From Lingula anatina (taxonomy: Eukaryota > Animalia > Brachiopoda): 64,000 nucleotides of DNA. Made by a program: the position numbers and the translations under genes. Position 1 is the first letter of the stretch. Every line of letters starts with the position of its first letter. Location: contig CM120643.1 of the NCBI GenBank assembly GCA_051362555.1, positions 3,162,001-3,226,000 on the forward strand, given 5' to 3'. Under the pieces are notes generated by a model. The model was not told the DNA's origin. It did not search any database and worked only from the letters and a program-made list of their open reading frames with translations. Below are positions 52,821-64,000 of the stretch, one piece after another.

Positions 52821-52864
52821 TAAATGCAGATGCACCAAAGTATGTGACAAAGGCCCGCACGTAC

Positions 52865-54499
52865 CGTGAATGTGAGGAAAGCATCGTTCTGCACGTGCAT
52901 TATCAACACCGAATAGCAGCCAACCAGTCCCAAGGTGGTGAAGATGAAGAGGCAAACGCTCCACCAAACTCCCTCCAGGAGATAGTCCTTGGAGTATATC
53001 ACCACACCGCTCCAGGCAAACATAAACATCCCCATTAACACTGTCGCTAGTGTCGCCATCTTTCCGGGCCCAGCACCACTAATAACGGGCACGTCACAGA
53101 AATACCTTTTAAGCTTCCCGAAATCGGCGTAAGAGTATCTATGCGGGATTTTATCTTTCTTTTGGAGTATTTTGGATTTCTCTTTATCGGAGAGCGACTC
53201 TTCTGTTGCTGCGTCCCCAAGGACGGGGGCGTAGTCGTCGTCTAACTGTTCGGGTTTCATTGCGAAAGAGTGGCTTGTTGTGGGCGCGTATCGTAAAACG
53301 ATGACCGCTCCAGCTACAAAAGTGTAAGCAACGAGCGTCCCAATTGACACCAAGTCTGCAAGAGCCTCCAGACTGACCAGAAGGCTCAATATGGCAGCGA
53401 TGAGCCCGAAGACTACGATCGAGATCGTCGGCGTTTGCGTCCGTTCGCTAATCCGAGAAAATATCACAAAGAAAAGACCGTCCGAGCTCATGGAGTAGAC
53501 CGTTCTTGGGAGAGCAAACAGGGTGGCGATCAGATTTGACGTCAGAGCGAAGATTGAGAGCACGCCCACCAGCAAGGCGGCCCATGAGATCCCTCTGCGC
53601 TCAAATGCGTTGGCGAAGGTGGCAGATTCTGAGAGCGCATAATACGGTAAAAGCAAACTTAATCCGCCAGTTGTAAAGATATTCAGTCCTGTGACTAGTA
53701 AAACAGAAAACACGGAGGATCTTGGAACCGAGTCATTGGGATCGATGGCTTCCTCGCTGATTATGGATATTGCATCGAAGCCAATATATGCATAAAACAA
53801 TGTAGCAGATCCCGCAATTACTCCGGGAAATCCGTATGGTAAGAAACCATCTGTATACTTCGTCGTGTCTGCAAAGCAGTACGCCAGTATCCCCGTGAAC
53901 AAGACTATCAGAATATTAGCAACTCCGAACACATTGTTCATGGACACCGACTCGCGGGTTCCCAAAATGGCGATAATGAGACATGTGATGAGAATAACGA
54001 AGAAAGCAATAAAATCTGGGGAGGTCTCAGCGATCCCTAGTGACCACACCCCGATGTTGGTTTCCGTCCAATTATGAATCTGTCCTCCAAAGATCTGGTC
54101 CACAGCTCCACCTATCGAGCGTCCCGACGCCGCGGCGCCAATGAGATACTCCAAGATTACATTCCACCCAATGATGAAAGCCAAGAACTCCCCAATAACG
54201 ACATAGGTGTAACTGTACGCCGAGCCAGCCTTTGGCACCCTGGCGCCAAATTCGGCGTAACACAAGGCTGACAGAAGGGCCGCTACGCCAGCAAATAGGT
54301 ACGAGAGGGTTGCGCCTGGTCCGGCCTTGTTTCGCATGGCGATTCCCGTCAACATGAAGACACTGGCCGCCATTTGGCTGACACCAAATAGGGTGAGGTC
54401 AATAGTTGTGAGACAGCGTCGTAAGGGGGTTTGAAGGACGTCCGTGTCCAGGGTTTTTCTTCTGGTGATTTTCCACCATAAGCTTCCCTTTTCTGTCAT
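52865..54499 (-). CDS. SLC7A4: Cationic amino acid transporter (SLC7/CAT family, CAT-4-like), main coding exon
   Basis: CAT signatures: LRRCLTTIDLTLFG, AGPGATLSY, LCYAEFGARVPKAGSAYSYTY, FIIGWNVILEY, FYAYIGFD, SIGTLVAYT. Acceptor tttcag puts the exon start at 54559, with the first in-frame ATG at 54499. Donor ACG|gtacgt at 52865/52864. The frame is open back to the acceptor, so an upstream coding exon is possible. The SLC7A4 orthology call is by eye. Confidence 0.9.
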
Positions 54500-55661
54500 G
54501 GTTGAGGTTTCTTTGTTTCCTGGTTTTTCGTCTTTTTTTGTCGAATTTTCCTTGGTGCCCTGAAATTCATAAAAAACAGTTTGAAAGTATATTCTTTGCC
54601 GTTTTTGTTTAAATGAAAGACGCTCGTGCAGGAGCAATTAAAATGTTTTTTTTATTATTATTATTTACGCACAAAAATTTCGTTTTGTTTGTATTTTAAT
54701 ATATTGTTTGTATTTTAATATAATTCTTAAAAGAAATGATTATGCACAATCGTTTACATATACATGGCACGCGATTGTCCACCGCTACTCTATCAGCACT
54801 TATTTATTTGCACATTTACTGCTGATTCTTTCAATTTTTGAGGTATTACGCTTATGTACAACATGTAATTATTGGAAACACTGTGTTTAATGCTGACCAT
54901 AATGAGATTAAACAGAATGTTTAATATCCATAATTTATCTATTTTGGATGCAAAAGGCGGAAATTCGTACTTTAAATGCCACCGACCTCGAGGCCTCATT
55001 TTGCTAAGTATATTCACTGTGATGGAAATTATTTTGTACAAAGGGTCTCTCTCTCTCAATAATGCATTTGATTATTTCTGTCCACCCGAGCAACAACAGC
55101 GGTGTTTATACGGATGTATCAACGCTATGAAAGGGAAATTAAAATGGTCAGCAAGAATGTGCAACCATGTATTCATGTATGACACCAACAACAGGGCCTT
55201 TAATTGTACATGTACGTCCCTTATAAAGAGCACGTGCGCGTACATCAAGACAAACTCGCTTAGAAGACCATTCGGCCACATAACAAATTACGCTTAACTT
55301 ACAACTAGAGCTAATTTGATAGGTCTTAGCCTACATACATGTACGGTATACTGTATGGAAGTTCAGAAAGGTTGTATCGAAATCCTAAATAAAATTCTAT
55401 CAAGGATGTTTTATGGGGGGAAGCACAATGACGTGCGCTAAGGCATCACAGACAGGCAATATTTACAGCTTGTTGGTAGACGTTGATTGAAGGAAAAATT
55501 AAAAGACTTGGCAAGGCTGGTTTGGGTGAATTGAAACGACTGTGCATTTAGTTAAGAAAGACATCCCAAAAATATTTTCTTCTCTGTGGAGCAACTGACC
55601 CCCACCCACCCCACCACACCCCATTCATCCACCCCACCAACTGACCACAGTCCAGTCCAGG

Positions 55662-55817
55662 TGTAACAGAAATGGAAGAAACCGTATTCCGTTTTCCATT
55701 ACTTTGTACAGGTGACATTCGTTCCACATACTAACCCCAATACTGCAAATAACCCTAACCTGTACTTATCATATGGGAGCCCGGACATCCATTCCTCTGA
55801 CTTCCATTCCTGTTATA
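55662..55817 (+). mobile_element. Ginger-like short element
   Basis: cagg|tgtaacagaaatggaag ... cttccattcctgttata|ccgg, an imperfect 17-bp TIR. Confidence 0.5.
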
Positions 55818-56738
55818 CCGGTACACTGCAGCGTAGCAGTATTTATACATTTTGTCCCATCAACTTTGTAGCATATTTTGAATACATTCTTCTCATTTTA
55901 AAGCAATAGTAGTCAGTATATAAATTGTTATCGAAGTCTAGTGTGGTCTGTATCAGGCTCCTGTTCATTATATTAATTCGCCGACATAGAGCATCATTTA
56001 CTAGCGGCCTACCCCAACACATACCGGAAAGCACAATATTACAAATAATGACTTGACGGTGAAAATAATGTTGCGGTACCATTGATACCATCTTGTTTGT
56101 TACGGAAACGTGCGTGTAAGGGTGTATACATATGATGATTTATCACTACCTAATCAACTTAACGGACAGAGTGTCAAAATTACAAGATGCGCTGTGACAA
56201 AACGAGCCACTTAAATCAACTGTATTGAGTCCTTTTGTGTTTTTTTTAATAAAAACATCAAAGATTATTTTTAAAATTTTCCAATACCCTTTCCCACCTT
56301 AAAGATAGCAGGTATATGCTATTAGTACATAGTATTAGTAACGTGTACGTGATACCTGGGTTTCACGTCATACACAAACATGCGCGCGTGCATTCGCACG
56401 TGAACACATGCACAGTAGTATACATTGGCATTGATTGTGCTGGGATTTCTTTGATGGTGTCAGTACAGCTAGAGTGCTTATGATAAATTGTCACAAAGGT
56501 CTTCTTGAATAGGTCTTCATGGAAAGATGCTCATAGTGTCAAATTACTGACAGTGTCGAGTGACGGTGAATACGACGTTATATACATGTAGCTCTGCATA
56601 TTTCTGGCTGGAATGAAGTGTCATATTACATATACTGATAGTATTGTGCGATAGTGAATGCGGTGTTACATATCTCTGCATACATCTGACTCGACTGCAG
56701 TGTAGTTTTTAAACATGCCAATAATTCATAAGGTCATA

Positions 56739-56905
<167 letters not shown>

Positions 56906-57852
56906 GAGCGAATATTGGAAATTATGATGGATCGAACAGGTGTATTTTTTTGCTTTTGCGTGTCAACAATTGTGTGTTGTACTTTATTCATGTAGAAATG
57001 CGGGTCCGTCGTAATTTCAGCATTTCCACTGGAGACACACTGATTTAAACCCTGATAGGTGCGTGACACAGTCATATTGAACAGGTGTGTGACGGGGGAT
57101 TGTTTTCACGGTTCTTTTAACACCAGATTTGATATTGGAATGCTACTCTCTGCCCACAGGGGACGCTAGTAGTCTGTTTCAAACATGATGAAAGCCCAGT
57201 GTGATTTTGTATAGTATTTTAGTTAGGTCCTGATAACAGGGGATGCCGGCAGGCTTTGTCTACGATGTAAGGCTCACTCCGATATGTTGGAAGTTCTACT
57301 GATAAAAGTGTGCCTAATGTCCTAACCCCGCCTTCATGACACATTTTATAACTCAATGTTTATTTAGATTCCCCAATAGGTTCATTACAAGCTAGAAACC
57401 AACATATGTTGAATCCTGGTTTGTAATGAACCTTAAGAGATTATAGAATTTATCACGATTAAAGTAAGAACCCTGAGATTTTTCAATTCCTGGCGGTTCT
57501 TGGAATTCTTGATCAGTGTGGAATAGGGTTATAATATAAGTTAGGGTTGCGCGAATTGCACGAATGTCCCCTGTACAAGGTAATGGGAAACGAACGACAT
57601 ATTCAGCTGTGTCTGTCACATCGGTTCAGCAAATAATTCCATCAGTCGTGTTACAGCGTTCCGATGATACCAGATCAAAAGAAGAGTTTTTATCATTCCA
57701 ATGACCCAATATCCCAGAAGACATCCATCAAGGAATGAGACTATACGAGTAGGCGTTATTAAACTGCTGTAGGCCTACCTCTGTACTACGTGTACTGGGG
57801 TAGTACTTACCTTGAATACGGTCTATAATTTATATGTAATAGTCTGCATCAT

Positions 57853-58787
57853 CACGCTCGGCTGTCACCTTGATTGGATAGTAAACGATTGTCGTAAAAT
57901 CGCTAAATGATATTAAAACCGGGTGCATAAACTTGAAAACCACCTACAACAACCTTGGACTACCACATTAATCCAATACAATGCAAAAATAAACTATAAC
58001 AAGTGGTTAAAGCCTTCAAACCGAATGTCGTAAAGTCCCCATATACCTCCATAGAGACAATAAAATAGAATGAGCTTCTGAAACAAGAAAAATCCAGTTC
58101 CAACATAATAATCGAAATAAAATACTGCCGGGCATCGGAGCGGCCTAAAACTTGGCACGCTTACCGCTAATACTGCAGGCTACATCATCCCGTCGCTCGT
58201 TTGTAAATTCCGTGCATGGCATACGCACAATCAAACCGTAAAAAACAAATTCTCGGGGTGTCGTTGGCCAGGTCCACTCTAACCTACCATTACGAAAAAG
58301 AAGCCATGCCATTGGACAATGCGACCTCTGCGGTTACGTCATTTCCTGAATTGGATTGTTGAGTGGACCTAGCCAACGACACCCCGAGAATTTGTTTTTT
58401 ACGGTTTGATTGTGCGTATGCCATGCACGGAATTTACAAACGAGCGACGGGATGATGTAGCCTGCAGTATTAGCGGTAAGCGTGCCAAGTTTTAGGCCGC
58501 TCCGATGCCCGGCAGTATTTTATTTCGATTATTATGTTGGAACTGGATTTTTCTTGTTTCACAAGCTCATTCTATTTTATTGTCTCTATGGAGGTATATG
58601 GGGACTTTACGACATTCGGTTTGAAGGCTTTAACCACTTGTTATAGTTTATTTTTGCATTGTATTGGATTAATGTGGTAGTCCAAGGTTGTTGTAGGTGG
58701 TTTTCAAGTTTATGCACCCGGTTTTAATATCATTTAGCGATTTTACGACAATCGTTTACTATCCAATCAAGGTGACAGCCGAGCGTG
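57853..58787. mobile_element. Foldback-type DNA element: about 427-bp near-perfect TIRs, 81-bp spacer, 8-bp TSD
   Basis: Arms 57853-58279 and 58361-58787 are reverse complements (two mismatches found by eye). TGCATCAT is directly repeated at 57845-57852 and 58788-58795. Termini are CA...TG. Confidence 0.93.
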
Positions 58788-60374
58788 TGCATCATATGTG
58801 CAGAGGTGCACTAAAAATACATCACCCAGCACTCCACCGCCATCTTTTACATAAGACTTACCGTGAATGCGGGCACAAAACTGGAATGTCTACACTGAGC
58901 GAGGTCTCCCGCCTCTGAGGCCTCTACAGTTATAGATGTTCATGTTATCAAAGTCCTCCGAATCAAAACCAACAGGTGAACGGCCCGTTCCGCCGTACTT
59001 TAACTTGTCTTGCTTAATACTCGGGAACGACTGTGTACTAGTATTTCTTCGGTCAGGAAATTCCCTTTACCTGGCTGTTCTGTAGTTGTAGACATTGAGG
59101 TCTACAGGTAGGCCCACATCGTGCATCGACACCGTTAACCTGTCGCGGGAGTGAGATTTATTCCGTCAGACTTCACTGCGCACTTGTGTTAGCCCGTCAT
59201 AAGACCTTCCGTCCTTTTTGTCAGTTCCCAGCGTGGCGAAACGTTGTATTTCATAATTGTTCTTGGTCGTATTCACGACGTACTATGAAATAAGCTTCAC
59301 CCCCTTGTTCACCGCCGTAGCGAGATGTGTGTTTGTTTGGCGTATAAAAAGTTCACACCAGCTCTGTTCACTTTATGTCGCAACTGGGTCGTGGTTTGTG
59401 ACCCGAAAGGTTTATTGTTACCTGTTTAACACAAATATATAGCTCACATGTGAAGCGCCTATATACCCTGCGCTTAAAAGTCCTTTGTGGTCCGCTTTAG
59501 CTGAATACTATATGATTCTTTCTAAAGTGGAAGCATTTTCCAAACAGATACTTTTCATAATCAGACAATTCTTTAAAATTCTAATCATTGTCAGGTAAAA
59601 ATACTGGTACACATTGTAACCCGTGCACACTGTGATGTGACGACCGTCTTTTTTTAACGGCAGCGAGTAAGCCTACTGGTAAACAGAGAGTTTACTTTTC
59701 CATCACACTGATTATGTGTGATCATATTTGTTTTCTGGCATTTGTGCCTGCATCTACCAAATATCTTCGCCTACTTGAAAATAACGACACAAATGTAATG
59801 GGAGCTATTTGAAAAAAATAATAATAAAAAAACAGTGCCAGTAATCCACATACCTGTTACAAATGCCAAATAACAACCAACTTATTCGGATGGACTTCCC
59901 AGCCGATATGTATTTGTAATCAAGCAACGCTCTCACGTTAGTAACGAGTGCAGTATATGAGAAGTTAAAACCAGTCGCCCGACTCCGTGCTTACAACCCA
60001 CGCAAAACATATTAACACAATTGTCTAAAAACATTAGAATCACCCATGAAGTCTGCCATTGGACCCGATATGTTTTTATCTCATCAATATACACACACGC
60101 TGTATATATGTTATGAAAAGACAAATATGCCAATATACTGGGTATGATACATTTTATCCGCCTGAAATGTCCATCGTATTCACAGCAGCTGTACTAATGG
60201 ACGTGACCGGGCGCCGCAATAGCGGATATTAAATTCGATTCTATTATTTTAAACGCTTAATGATGGATTTAATCAGTTAGTGATCGGATATTGAATTATT
60301 TCATTACCTGATATACCTACCACATTTTGTCCTTAAACACTGCATATACAGAGGTACAAAGGCTTACATGTACG

Positions 60375-60405
<31 letters not shown>

Positions 60406-61144
60406 AATGTCGTTTCTTCTACTTATTTATTTATTTATTTATTTATTCTGGTGTTATGGTTGTATTTTTATTGTACAATAAACAGCGAGCCCTTCTTATT
60501 TTGATAACTGTATCTGCAAGTAAGCCAGACTAAGAATATAGTTTGTATATTATCAGCAATCGAAGCTGTTTTAAAGGAGTGTTTCCCTTACTTGTCAGAT
60601 AATATTGTTCATTTAAAATACCACATGACCGAAACGAAGACCTGAGTCAAGCTGTATGCGCCGTTTATTAATTTCTGCAGTCAACTTCAATCGTAGAAAG
60701 GGTCTATGCATGTAAATCATTTTATATCCGTTCACTTTTTCTCAATTCATCTCGCAAACATTCCTTTTGTATTAAACTTGTTGATTTTTAATCGTGATAG
60801 TATTTGCTGATGGATGCTTTTTGTTTCGTCCAAATGCGGGTGCCTGGCAAAATGAAAAACAAAGTGATGGGTTTATTTATTTCAGCGAAAATAACACAAT
60901 ATAGACAAACAAATATACTTGTAAATGAATATTAGCTTTATTATTTATGTATGAGTTCAGCCGTCTATCATATAAGTAAAATGTACCTAACAGACCGATG
61001 TCTAGGCACGTACTCAGTATATGGAGGAATAAAAATTCACTAGTTATGCTATGGAATGCTTTTCTGGAATTCTTTGACTGCATATTATAAGCTTCACAGT
61101 GGGGAAGAGCCTGTTTTAATGATCCGAGGAACGTTGAGTGGATG

Positions 61145-61240
61145 TAATAATAATAATAATAATAATAAACTTTATTTAAAGAGGGTAAAACATGTGAAGT
61201 GCGCATACTTATCTTACACGTGGCCCTCGCGAAAGAAGTG
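61145..61240 (-). mobile_element. Probable LINE/SINE 3' tail (AATAAA followed by (TTA)n on the minus strand)
   Basis: Minus strand reads ccctctttaaataaagtttattattattatt, typical of CR1/L2-type tails. Confidence 0.4.
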
Positions 61241-62089
61241 GATTTAAAATAAAGTGATGTACTCAGGCCTTATAATTGGATAAGGTTAACTTGTGGTTTT
61301 GGTGGTTAATATGGGTGTTAGTGCTATAAGATCTGCGGATAGTGCTAGTAAACGCCTAATCCGTTTATTAGACCTGATAACGTATCATCCAAAAACGTCA
61401 CGTAATGTGAAGTCAAATCCTGACTAAAACTGACGGTCTCTACAAAATTATATCCACCCAAGACTGTGGTCTGATGCAAGTTTGACTTATTGCTCTACCG
61501 GCCCTAAAAGTACAGTATTGTGCAAAGCAACTGCGCGGCACAGTCAATCATCATTATCACTAACCTTTGACCTACTTTTCGCCATGAACACCACTTCACA
61601 AATTTGGATTTAAACTTTTATTTTTTCCCATGATTTTGTTTTAAGTGGTAATTTTCAACAAAAAAATATTGAGAACTCTTGTTTACTGCATTTTGTAGAG
61701 CTTGTCAAGCACAACACTGGGGGTGGTGTCCCTTTTTTGGGACGGGTTTCCATACGAATGCGCTTACTCCAGCTTTTGGTACAATATCCGGAGGCGGTAT
61801 CGCCTCTCTGATCCTCTAGTTTTTCTTCATTTTACAGCTTAATATTGAAATAGTTTTACCTCCAATATTTTGATGCCTAACAAAACATCTACATCGGGAT
61901 ATATATACTGTCCTCCCCCTATTTCCCTTGAGAAAGGGAGTAGAGGTGGCATCATCATTTCTGTTGTGACTGGCCCGTCTTCTTCAGGACCACCCCTGTG
62001 TCGACTACGTATCGTCCCCAGAATTTGAGAGACCGTCTTTTGAGGCCATATACCGCTGTAAACGCCCAAATTAACGAACATGGCGTTGA

Positions 62090-62270
62090 CGTATATAATC
62101 TCTGAACTTTCAATTCCTGAAGAACTCTTTATTTTGATAGCTTTTCAGTCCAAGATATCCGCCCCAAACTTCGATATATCCCCATCTCAGTTTCTTCTGC
62201 GTTCAAATCCCATGTTTCACAGCAGTAGAGAAGTGCTTATATGATATAGCATTTCACAAATCTTAATCTA
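62090..62270 (-). mobile_element. RTE-clade LINE ORF2 fragment
   Basis: Minus strand translates CYII*ALLYCCETWDLNAEETEMGIYRSLGRISWTEKLSK*RVL, matching the RTE motif LLYG.ETW....EM..YR...RISW.....N..VL, with in-frame stops. Confidence 0.75.
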
Positions 62271-62291
62271 CTTAGTATTTTGGAAATTTGA

Positions 62292-62292
62292 A

Positions 62293-62327
<35 letters not shown>

Positions 62328-62328
62328 A
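62292..62328. repeat. (AATA)n microsatellite
   Basis: Direct reading of the sequence. Confidence 0.9.
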
Positions 62329-64000
62329 TTCTATTCAATCACCTTGAAAATCAACATAAAACCGCTGCCACGATTGTTTGTCATTATACGTCCCACAGTT
62401 ACTGAAAAGACCGGCACACACCAGGTAAAAAAAGGGTGAGTCTAAAGGGACCCTTTCAACCCACCCCTTTCCTCCAAAATAGGTCCGTTAATCTATTCTC
62501 CGTCTTCCCAGAAAGGATAAAGAACATATTGAGAGGAAACCCGCAAAAACATATGCAGTGCGTCAGGTTTCATTTGGTTGAAGGTGGGTGAGGACAAAAA
62601 TGGCGGATCACCCCCTCCCTTCTTTCTTTAAAATTCCCTTGATCCTGCATCGGAAGTTTCCCAGGCCTCATGGAAACGCTACTGATGCTGCTGCTACTCT
62701 ACGTTCTCAAGCTGACTACAAATGTGGTTCAAGATAAAAAAAAATTCAATTTTTAGAAAGGATGGCCATTGATTAAGTGATCCGACGATTTATTATCTTT
62801 GACGTTTGACTTTCATTTTGTGTCGTTAATACCCATGACACCTTTATTTCATTTTGTCTTCCGATATCGCAATAACAAAGTTGTCCAATGTCTTTTCGCA
62901 GCTATCTGTTCTAACAGAGTTTCATTGCTCAAACTGACCCATCACTCCATTTTTTTATCTCTGAGACGGGGACTTGGGGAATTAACATCAATTGGATGCC
63001 CGTGTAGAGAAATTGGTTTCCACGGGCTGCCAGATTTAGATTAATGGAAAGATAATAAGGTCTTATTTTCTTGCTATGCACGTGCTTTATTCAGTTTATT
63101 GGACAGATTTCTCTCGATACAAAAAAACACCTTTAAATCCTTTTTTCAAATAGTGTCCCTTTTGCTTGGGTTCAAAAGGTAATGGTCTGTGTGATGGAGG
63201 CCCCGGTCACATTAGCGTATGCCCGGTCACTAGTGCTGTTCACACGAGGAGATCTTAAGACCGGGAAAGGGCCTTATACGCGTCATCAGCCAGCCATGGC
63301 ACTTTGAGGACTTATCGTGTCTATAACTGTGGTCTCTTCGGTTAATCAATTTCAATTTCTTACAAGTAGGTCTTTTGCCCGATATAAATTAAACCTTGTC
63401 AGCACATTTATACAATCCAGTATCGTGGTGGATGATTGTGTAAGAAATTAAGCAGGCACAGAGCGTTATGGATTAGAAAATCAATTCCAACTGTAATTAC
63501 ATCATTAGGACTGGCTGTCTTTTTTGGAATGATAAACTTACCCCATACAAAATCATTTAAATGTGTGTCAAAAATGCTTTACGTCAGTGCACCGGGAATC
63601 ACCGGCTCACTTGATGCAACATGCCTAAGAACGCGCATGCGTACTGCTCGCGGGAGCTGCGTTCATAAATCGAATGTCCATCGCGTGAAACAGAACAGGC
63701 TCAACGGCAAGCGGCATGCGGGATTACATAGACTAACTCCTTTCCTCATTGAAATTTTGCTTTTGTTCAGAAGGGACGTCTTTAGACAGAAAGTCAGAAA
63801 AGCGTTAACTTTTAGTGGCACTCTTGAGCCACCGAACGATGTCATTACAGAGAAACGCTCTGACAATCCTTTTGGTCACTGGAGGCCTGGTGCTGTTGGT
63901 AGGCTAGAATCTTTAAAAGTAGGTATCAAGATTCATTTATTTTACTCATTATTTGCTAGTAATCTTGCTGTTTAAAGCGTGTTCTACGTGTATGAATTGT

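Noticed and set aside
52820-52864. C-terminal tail VRAGLCHILWCICI of the 605-aa ORF
   Set aside because: It lies after the GT donor. The conserved CAT C-terminus continues in the two downstream exons.
54500-54637. N-terminal extension of the 605-aa ORF (MLLHERLSF...)
   Set aside because: It starts at a non-ATG codon and runs through a polypyrimidine tract and acceptor at 54560. The part above 54559 is intronic read-through.
57853-57880. CAC terminus suggesting a RAG/Transib RSS-like end
   Set aside because: No CACAGTG heptamer or nonamer, and the TSD is 8 bp rather than the 5 bp of Transib/ProtoRAG.
63436-63975. 179-aa ORF, and on the minus strand a short peptide ITVGIDFL resembling the receptors' TM5 ITIGIDFL
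   Set aside because: No recognisable domain, non-ATG start, and no other GPCR motifs nearby in that frame. Probably chance; TBLASTN with the receptors would settle it.

Overview
AT-rich, repeat-dense eukaryotic (invertebrate animal-like) genomic DNA; the taxon cannot be fixed from sequence alone. Three protein-coding genes are supported. Two are intronless, convergently oriented paralogous class A neuropeptide-type GPCRs (galanin/allatostatin-A receptor-like; 2610-3797 + and 12176-13387 -). The third is a spliced cationic amino acid transporter (SLC7/CAT, closest by eye to CAT-4/SLC7A4; coding exons 54499-52865, 52156-52048 and 51284-51025, minus strand). The rest is mostly non-coding and holds non-autonomous DNA transposons (PIF/Harbinger-type with TAA/TTA TSDs, Kolobok/piggyBac-type with TTAA, a Tc1 MITE, Ginger-like elements), two decayed Tc1 relics, RTE LINE fragments and tandem repeats. 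Highlights: (1) a 176-bp near-identical tract in otherwise diverged GPCR paralogues, suggesting gene conversion over TM2-ECL1-TM3; (2) both receptors have FRC in place of DRY, and only one has a matched N-terminus/ECL3 cysteine pair; (3) the transporter lacks the TM1 GSG substrate motif; (4) a young 935-bp foldback element with about 427-bp arms and an 8-bp TSD sits next to a candidate upstream exon of the transporter. All alignments were done by eye and no database searches were run. I found no clear evidence of a wholly new multi-gene system.
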